DNA of 64,000 nucleotides from the NCBI GenBank assembly GCA_934130595.1, contig CAKOYF010000002.1:49989-113988 (forward strand), in the 5' to 3' direction. The stretch is from an uncultured Clostridia bacterium (lineage in GTDB: Bacteria; Bacillota; Clostridia; TANB77; CAG-465). Both the position numbers and the translations under genes were made by a program. The notes beneath the pieces were generated by a model that saw only the letters and a program-made list of their open reading frames with translations, ran no database searches and had not been told where the DNA came from. This document shows, piece after piece, positions 58,233 through 64,000 of this stretch (position 1 is its first letter; every line of letters starts with the position of its first letter).

Positions 58233-59456
58233 ATGAGCCATTTGTTTGAAACCAAATTAGCATGCAAAAATACTGCATTTATTGAAGCTTCTGCATTAGT
58301 AGAGGATAAAATTAAGCAGTTGCGTGCTAATACACCAAATTTGCCTTTTGAAAAAACTAAACTTGCAGAAGTTGAAATAAATAAGTTTTTTTATGAAGGT
58401 AAAACTGTAGACAGAGTTATGATTGTTTTGAGATCCAACGGGTGTCAACATTATAAAACTAATGGAGGCTGCTCAATGTGTGCACATTTAAATGGAGCAC
58501 CACTTATGGAGAAAATAACACATCAGAACTATGTTGAACAGTGGAATTCAGTGCTTGACGGAAGTTTCATTGAGGTTAGTAACTCTAGTTTTAATCTTAA
58601 TGATTATCCTGTAGTTTGTGTGTACAACCTTGGAAGTCTGTTAAATCCTGAGGAGATTTCAGTAGAAACTGTAAAATACATTTTTGAAACATTAAATGCG
58701 TATAAAGGTGTAAAAAAAGTTATTGTTGAATCTCGAGCAGAATATGTAACAGATGATATTTTGAAAGCTATTCGTAGTGTATATGATGGAGTTGTTGAAG
58801 TAGGAATTGGAGTTGAATCAACCGATTTTTATATAAGAGAACTTTGTCATCACAAAGCAATTCTTGATACTAAGATTATTAAAGAAGCTGTTGAAAATTT
58901 GCATAAGTATGGTATGAAAGCTTTAGCTTATGTTAATTTTAAGCCAGTATTTTTAACAGAATCTGAAGCAATTAAAGATGCTATTACAACATCAGTAGAT
59001 TGTTTTAAAGCATTCGGTTTTGATGCTGTTTCTATCGAGCCTACATCTTTGCAGGAAAATTCACTTGCAAACTATATGTATGATTTAGGTTTGTATAGAG
59101 TTCCATGGCTTTGGAGCTTAAGAGATATTATTCATGGTATCTATGAAGCAACAGATTCTAATAAATTAGATATTAGACTTGGTGGATACTTTGATGAAGA
59201 AGTATTAAGCGGTAGTCAAGGTACAGGTTTTGCAGAAAGAAATGAGATTTTCCCACATATGACTTCAAGTAATTGTAGTTATTGTACTAATGAGTTTGTC
59301 AATGCTATTAAGCAATTTAACATGACGTATGATGTGAGTGATTTAGACAAGGTAAAACCATGTCCACATTGTTACAGTTTGTGGCAGGACACTAAGAAGA
59401 TACGTGATTCTAGAAGCATTTTTGATCGTGTAAAAGATGTTCTTGGAAAGGAGTGA
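58233..59456 (+). CDS. Radical-SAM-like protein with a non-canonical C-x8-C-x2-C cluster motif (Elp3/TIGR01210-like branch?) and a C-terminal CxxC...CxxC
   Basis: VLRSNGCQHYKTNGGCSMC (Cys71/80/83, nt 58443-58481). TIM-barrel-like alternation. C-terminal NCSYC...PCPHC. RBS AGGAGG lies inside the end of the upstream gene. Confidence 0.5.
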   Translation: MSHLFETKLACKNTAFIEASALVEDKIKQLRANTPNLPFEKTKLAEVEINKFFYEGKTVDRVMIVLRSNGCQHYKTNGGCSMCAHLNGAPLMEKITHQNYVEQWNSVLDGSFIEVSNSSFNLNDYPVVCVYNLGSLLNPEEISVETVKYIFETLNAYKGVKKVIVESRAEYVTDDILKAIRSVYDGVVEVGIGVESTDFYIRELCHHKAILDTKIIKEAVENLHKYGMKALAYVNFKPVFLTESEAIKDAITTSVDCFKAFGFDAVSIEPTSLQENSLANYMYDLGLYRVPWLWSLRDIIHGIYEATDSNKLDIRLGGYFDEEVLSGSQGTGFAERNEIFPHMTSSNCSYCTNEFVNAIKQFNMTYDVSDLDKVKPCPHCYSLWQDTKKIRDSRSIFDRVKDVLGKE

Positions 59457-59464
59457 GACTTTCT

Positions 59465-60559
59465 ATGAAATTAGTTTGTGAAATTTGTAACAAAGAATTT
59501 GATTATCCTATGGAACAAATTAAACATAGACATAGTGAAGTCGAGCTTGATTTGGTTCCACCAAATTTTTGGAGAATAAAAGATTATCTTCCAGATTTTG
59601 AAATTAAACTTTCAGACAAGAAGATAGTTTATCCAAAACTTAAGGCAAAGAGCAGACTAAAAGCTCAAGATACACCACTAATTAAGTATTCTGAAAACAT
59701 ATTCTTAAAGGATGAATCTGTTAATCCAACAGGAAGCTTTAAGGATCGTGGTATGGATAACTTGATGAATGAAATATTAATGAGCAAAAAGAAAAAAGTA
59801 GCTGTAGTTTCTTGTGGAAGTGGTGCAATTTCTGTTGTGCGCTATGCAAAAGAATACGGTATAACATCACAAGTTTTTGTTCATAAAGGCGTTTCAAAGT
59901 CGAGTTTGGACAAAATTAAAGATGCAGATGAGGTCTTTTATAGTGAAACATTTATAAAAAGCTATGAAGACTTTATGAGATATTCACTAGTACACGATGA
60001 AGTTTACTGGGGATTCTTAAATACAAATATTTCATATATGCTAGGTCTTAGGGCTATGGCTTATGAAATTATTAGAGATATGAAAAAAGTCCCTGATGTA
60101 GTAATCATCCCTTGTGGAAGCGGAATGGACATCATTGCTCAGAATTTAGCATTTAGAGAAATGTATAATGCTAAAAAAATATCTAAAATTCCTAAGATTG
60201 GAGTAGTTGAAATTGAAGGAGGAAATCCTATCAAAAGAGGATTTGAAAGTAGAGTAGAAGGTTATTTATATGTAATAGATGATCCAGTTGACTCAAAAAC
60301 AATTCTTTCAAATGATACTTGCTTTAATTACAGGAAGATTTATGATATGGCAAATCGCGATGAGGCTTTTTTTATATCTGTTAGTGATGCACAAATAGAT
60401 GAATTTATTATGAAGCATCCAGAATTTGGTGCTAAGTATGATTACACATCTATTAGTGCTATGGCAGCGTTAGTCGAGTATGAAAAGAGTAACAAAGATG
60501 ATGTAGTGGTTGTAGTGTTAACGTGTAAAAACAGAAATGGAGGTATCTTTTATGAGTAA
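59465..60559 (+). CDS. Threonine-synthase-like fold-type-II PLP enzyme
   Basis: NPTGSFKDRGM (PLP lysine motif), CGSGAIS and IPCGSGMD glycine-rich loops, N-terminal CEIC...HRH. Confidence 0.72.
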   Translation: MKLVCEICNKEFDYPMEQIKHRHSEVELDLVPPNFWRIKDYLPDFEIKLSDKKIVYPKLKAKSRLKAQDTPLIKYSENIFLKDESVNPTGSFKDRGMDNLMNEILMSKKKKVAVVSCGSGAISVVRYAKEYGITSQVFVHKGVSKSSLDKIKDADEVFYSETFIKSYEDFMRYSLVHDEVYWGFLNTNISYMLGLRAMAYEIIRDMKKVPDVVIIPCGSGMDIIAQNLAFREMYNAKKISKIPKIGVVEIEGGNPIKRGFESRVEGYLYVIDDPVDSKTILSNDTCFNYRKIYDMANRDEAFFISVSDAQIDEFIMKHPEFGAKYDYTSISAMAALVEYEKSNKDDVVVVVLTCKNRNGGIFYE

Positions 60560-61811
60560 TGATCATAAAGAAAAACTTACAATGTCACAATATTTTGATA
60601 TTGGACTTGAAAGACATGCACTCTTGATGGATGCATCTAATCTGGATTGGTTTACGTTTCCTCTTTTTTCTTGTATAAGAAATGAGATTTATAGAACGCT
60701 TGAAGATCCAGATGAAGATATGGACTGGGGATATTCTTATCCTGGTGGAAAGAGCCGTTTAAGAGAGCTTATCTCAATGCATGAATCATTTATCGAAGGA
60801 GAAGAAATAACTCCTGACGAGGTAATCGTAGGTGGTAACGGTACAACAGGAACTTTGAATTTCATTGCTCAAATAATTGCAAGAGAATATCATTTTGCAA
60901 ATGACATTGAAATTATATATCCTGTTCCTGCTTACGCTGGTCTTAAAAAAAGCTTAACATTTTATGGAATTGTTCCAAAAGTTATGCCTATGGATAAGGC
61001 AAATGATTATAAGATGAAGCTTGAAGATGTTAAGAAAGCGTATACGGAAAAAACAGTTGCACTTTTGATTACAAATCCTGCAAATCCGGCTTGCAAGTTC
61101 ATAGATGAGGACGAGCTTAAAAAGATTGTGGAGTTTTGCATAGAAAAAAACATCTATATTATTTATGATGCTATTTTTGAAGAAGCTCCTATGTTTAATA
61201 ATAAGCGAGTTCAAATTTTTAAACTTGCTCATGATTACAGTAAGCTCATAAAAATAAAGGGGTTTAGCAAAGATATCCCACAGCTTAGTGATTTAAGATG
61301 CGGTTGGACAATTTGTAAAAATCCTAAGTTTATTGAGTGGCTGTTAGAACTTGGCGAGGCTGTAAACTATTCTAATTCTACTTTTCTTGAAGCGTTAGGA
61401 ATAGTTGAAATGACTCAAAGAGTTAATGTGGATAAAGGGGATAAATCTCCTGAAACACTTGAGTATATTGCTCAGAAAGAGCAGTATCATAACCAAATAA
61501 TTACTCTTTTTAATGATGCATACAAGTACTTGATGTCCCAAAAGGATGTTGTGGAAAATGTAGTATATCCAGATGCTGGAAATATTATGTATGTTACATT
61601 AAAAAAAGAGGCTTGTAACAAAAAAGGTGTATACACATCACATGAACTTTTTGTTTATATTCTTGAAAAAGAAAATATTCTGGTTACTCCTGGTAATGTT
61701 TTTGGTATTCCTTTGGAAGACTTAAGCTTTAGAGTAACTATTTCTAGAGGATATGAGCAGTTTATGGATGGTTTAAAGCGCATTGTTGAATTGTTTAAGG
61801 AGGAAAGGTAA
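60552..61811 (+). CDS. Class I/II (fold-type-I) aminotransferase
   Basis: NPANPAC, YDAIF, KGFSKDIPQLSDLRCGW (SxSK...R motif). 8-nt ATGAGTAA overlap with the upstream gene. Confidence 0.78.
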   Translation: MSNDHKEKLTMSQYFDIGLERHALLMDASNLDWFTFPLFSCIRNEIYRTLEDPDEDMDWGYSYPGGKSRLRELISMHESFIEGEEITPDEVIVGGNGTTGTLNFIAQIIAREYHFANDIEIIYPVPAYAGLKKSLTFYGIVPKVMPMDKANDYKMKLEDVKKAYTEKTVALLITNPANPACKFIDEDELKKIVEFCIEKNIYIIYDAIFEEAPMFNNKRVQIFKLAHDYSKLIKIKGFSKDIPQLSDLRCGWTICKNPKFIEWLLELGEAVNYSNSTFLEALGIVEMTQRVNVDKGDKSPETLEYIAQKEQYHNQIITLFNDAYKYLMSQKDVVENVVYPDAGNIMYVTLKKEACNKKGVYTSHELFVYILEKENILVTPGNVFGIPLEDLSFRVTISRGYEQFMDGLKRIVELFKEER

Positions 61812-62698
61812 TGAGAAATACATTTCTTGAACTTGAAACAAAGCCGATGCGTTCTTGTGATTTTTGCTTTCTAGGTATTAACTATTGCAGCGCAGAGTAT
61901 CTTTCAGGTGTTGAAAAGGCAGCAAAAAAAGTAAGAGCTTTATCTTATAGATATGCTAATGCTGATGGAACTGCTATTCCACTTAAGGTGTATAGTCCCG
62001 AAGAAGGATATATCTTAAAAGATACAATAGCTTGTGATTTAGGAAATGTATGTGCATCTAGTCTGAAAGAGTTAGGTAAGAAATTATCTAAAATACATCT
62101 TCAGGCTGGATGTATTCCAGTTTTTGTAGGCGGAGATCATAGTGTGACGTATGAGCTTGTTAAAAGAATGGCAAAAAACTATGGCAACATTGTTGTAGTT
62201 CAGTTTGACGCTCACAGTGATTTTATTGATGAGTTTGAGGATTATCCACATGGTTCAGTAATGAACGAAACTAGTAAGTTAGATAACGTATCTAGAATTG
62301 TTCATTTTGGAATTAGAGGTAACCTTAACAGTGGACCGGCTATTTGCCAAAGCAAAGAGAAAGGAAATTATGTTATACCATATATTAAGATTGAAGAAGA
62401 GTTTGAAAAGCTTTTAAGATATCTTGAAGGTAAAAACGTATATATTACGTTTGATACGGATTTTCTTAATCCTGCTTATGCACCGGCTACTAATTGTCCT
62501 GAACCTGGCGGCCCTTCATATGAAGATGCTCTTAAATATTTAAAATCAATTATTAATGCTTCCGGCAGTGTGATTGGTATGGATTTTGTAGAGTACAATC
62601 CTGAATGTGAGGGATCTGAGGTAACAGGAACAACAATTGCTAATTTGATCATGGAGTCATTAAGCTACATGACAAAGAAGAAACACACTACTACGTAA
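61811..62698 (+). CDS. Ureohydrolase (arginase/agmatinase/amidinohydrolase family) with complete Mn-binding motifs
   Basis: GGDHSVTY, QFDAHSDF, TFDTDFLNP, DFVEYNP. TAATG overlap with the upstream gene. Confidence 0.85.
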   Translation: MRNTFLELETKPMRSCDFCFLGINYCSAEYLSGVEKAAKKVRALSYRYANADGTAIPLKVYSPEEGYILKDTIACDLGNVCASSLKELGKKLSKIHLQAGCIPVFVGGDHSVTYELVKRMAKNYGNIVVVQFDAHSDFIDEFEDYPHGSVMNETSKLDNVSRIVHFGIRGNLNSGPAICQSKEKGNYVIPYIKIEEEFEKLLRYLEGKNVYITFDTDFLNPAYAPATNCPEPGGPSYEDALKYLKSIINASGSVIGMDFVEYNPECEGSEVTGTTIANLIMESLSYMTKKKHTTT

Positions 62699-62720
62699 CT
62701 TATAGAATGGAGGAATAACT

Positions 62721-64000
62721 ATGTTAGATGTAGAACTTAGTAATGTTACGCTAAATTATGGATTTAAAAACATCTTAGATGGAGCAACATTCCAGGTTAA
62801 CAGTGGTGACAAAGTTGCTATTGTTGGTGATAACGGAACTGGAAAAACTTCGATTTTTAAACTCATTGTCGCTGAGGAAAAGCCTAGTAGTGGTATTGTA
62901 TCTAAAAGAAAAGATGCAACTATTGGACTTTTGACGCAGATTGCTCCCAAGGCAGAAGACGGACTTAGTGTTCGAGATTTCTTAAAGACTGCATATAGTG
63001 ATATTGCAGATCTTCAAAGAAAGCTTCGTCAGCTTGAAAGCGTTATGGGTGACCCTAATGTTACACCTGAAGAGCTTGAAAAAGCAATGAATGCTTATGG
63101 TAAAGCTCAGGATCTTTTCATGGATAAGGGTGGATACGAAGTAGATTCCAATATCGAAAAGATGGCTGGTAATCTTAAGATTAGTGAAATGCTGGATCAG
63201 GAGTATAACTCTCTTAGCGGTGGCCAGAAGACAATTGTATGTCTTGCTAGAATGCTGTTACAGAAACCAGATATTTTACTTTTGGATGAACCTACCAACC
63301 ACTTGGATATTCCAACTCTTGGTTGGCTTGAAGATTTTATCAAAGGATACACTGGATCTGTGATTTTAATATCACATGACAGATATTTTTTGGATAGAAC
63401 TGTAAACAAGGTTTTTGCTATCGCAGATGGCAAAATCAAGACTTACTTTGGAAATTATACTCAGTATGTCGAAGCACTTGCTTTAGAAAAAGAAGCACAG
63501 GAACAGGCCTATGTAACTCAGCAGAAAAAGATTGCTGGCATGGAAGATACTATTCGTAAGAATAGAGCTTGGGGTGCTCAGAGTTCTGAAAAGGCTTATA
63601 GAGTTGCTAAGCAGCTTGAAAGACGTATTGACGAAATGGAAAAAGTTGAAAAGCCTAAGACTCAAAGAGATATCGCTTTGAACTTTAGCCAGGAGACTAG
63701 ATCTGGTAATGATGTATTAAAGCTTGAAGATATGTGTTTTTCTTACAATGGTGATGATATCATTCTTTGTGGAGGAAACTTAGAGCTTGAATATCAGGAC
63801 AAGGTTTGTCTTCTTGGTAAAAATGGTTGTGGTAAATCTACTGTTCTTAAAATTGTTTTAGGACAGATTAAGAACTATGATGGAAAGGTAACAATTGGCA
63901 GCAATGTTAAGATTGGTTACTTACCACAGCATGTCTCTTTTGAGAATGAAGATGAAACAATTCTTCAGGAGTTCCAAAAACATTTTACTGGCAACTTAAC
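62721..64000 (+). CDS. ABC-F family ATPase (3' end lies outside the window)
   Basis: No TM segments. Walker A GDNGTGKTS, signature LSGGQK, Walker B LLLDEPTNHLD, charged inter-domain linker (YVEALALEKEAQEQAY...EKVEKPK), second Walker A GKNGCGKST. RBS GGAGG. Absent from the ORF track because it runs off the window. Confidence 0.9.
   Translation, partial: MLDVELSNVTLNYGFKNILDGATFQVNSGDKVAIVGDNGTGKTSIFKLIVAEEKPSSGIVSKRKDATIGLLTQIAPKAEDGLSVRDFLKTAYSDIADLQRKLRQLESVMGDPNVTPEELEKAMNAYGKAQDLFMDKGGYEVDSNIEKMAGNLKISEMLDQEYNSLSGGQKTIVCLARMLLQKPDILLLDEPTNHLDIPTLGWLEDFIKGYTGSVILISHDRYFLDRTVNKVFAIADGKIKTYFGNYTQYVEALALEKEAQEQAYVTQQKKIAGMEDTIRKNRAWGAQSSEKAYRVAKQLERRIDEMEKVEKPKTQRDIALNFSQETRSGNDVLKLEDMCFSYNGDDIILCGGNLELEYQDKVCLLGKNGCGKSTVLKIVLGQIKNYDGKVTIGSNVKIGYLPQHVSFENEDETILQEFQKHFTGNL

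Noticed and set aside
1-64000. A search for CRISPR arrays, IS elements, rRNA genes, group II introns and long tandem repeats.
   Set aside because: Reading the intergenic regions showed no regularly spaced direct repeats, no transposase- or RT-like ORFs and no rRNA signatures. The only repeats are short hairpins and low-complexity coding tracts.

Overview
This is a 64-kb chromosomal window from a very AT-rich, Gram-positive (Clostridia-like Firmicutes) genome that uses the standard genetic code. Most of it is housekeeping. The protein-coding backbone includes mutS (3' end), mutL-miaA, dut, htpX-lemA, rsmA, tdk, a DnaD-like/DnaI-like helicase-loader pair, gyrA, dnaX-ybaB-recR, murI, an OmpR/HK two-component pair, tatD and hpt. 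It also carries a Ca-type P-ATPase, a COG0523 metallochaperone, a cyclophilin, a MacB-type ABC pair and three glycosyltransferases. The RNA genes are a tRNA-Lys/Glu/Thr operon, RNase P RNA, and a small SRP RNA upstream of dnaX. I saw no CRISPR array, transposase, integrase or rRNA. The most interesting region is the right end (about 56.7 kb to the window edge). There, a consensus promoter drives a tightly packed operon whose composition looks atypical for the host. It encodes a PaaK-type adenylating ligase, a C-x8-C-x2-C radical-SAM-like protein, a threonine-synthase-like PLP enzyme, an aminotransferase and a ureohydrolase, followed directly by an ABC-F ATPase. I read this as a candidate undescribed small-molecule pathway with possible ribosome-protection-type self-resistance. 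Other items worth a second look:
- a tandem pair of paralogous metallophosphoesterases, one catalytically degenerate
- a ClpX paralogue whose zinc ribbon is split by a +1 frameshift at an A5 run
- an orphan VirD4/TraG coupling ATPase with no relaxase or VirB4 nearby
- a VirB2-like/polytopic membrane gene pair beside the tRNA operon
- an antisense 3-gene operon with an HExxH protein inserted between mutS and mutL
- a candidate small RNA next to the tRNA operon
All functional calls come from motifs read by eye in the translations. No database search was possible.
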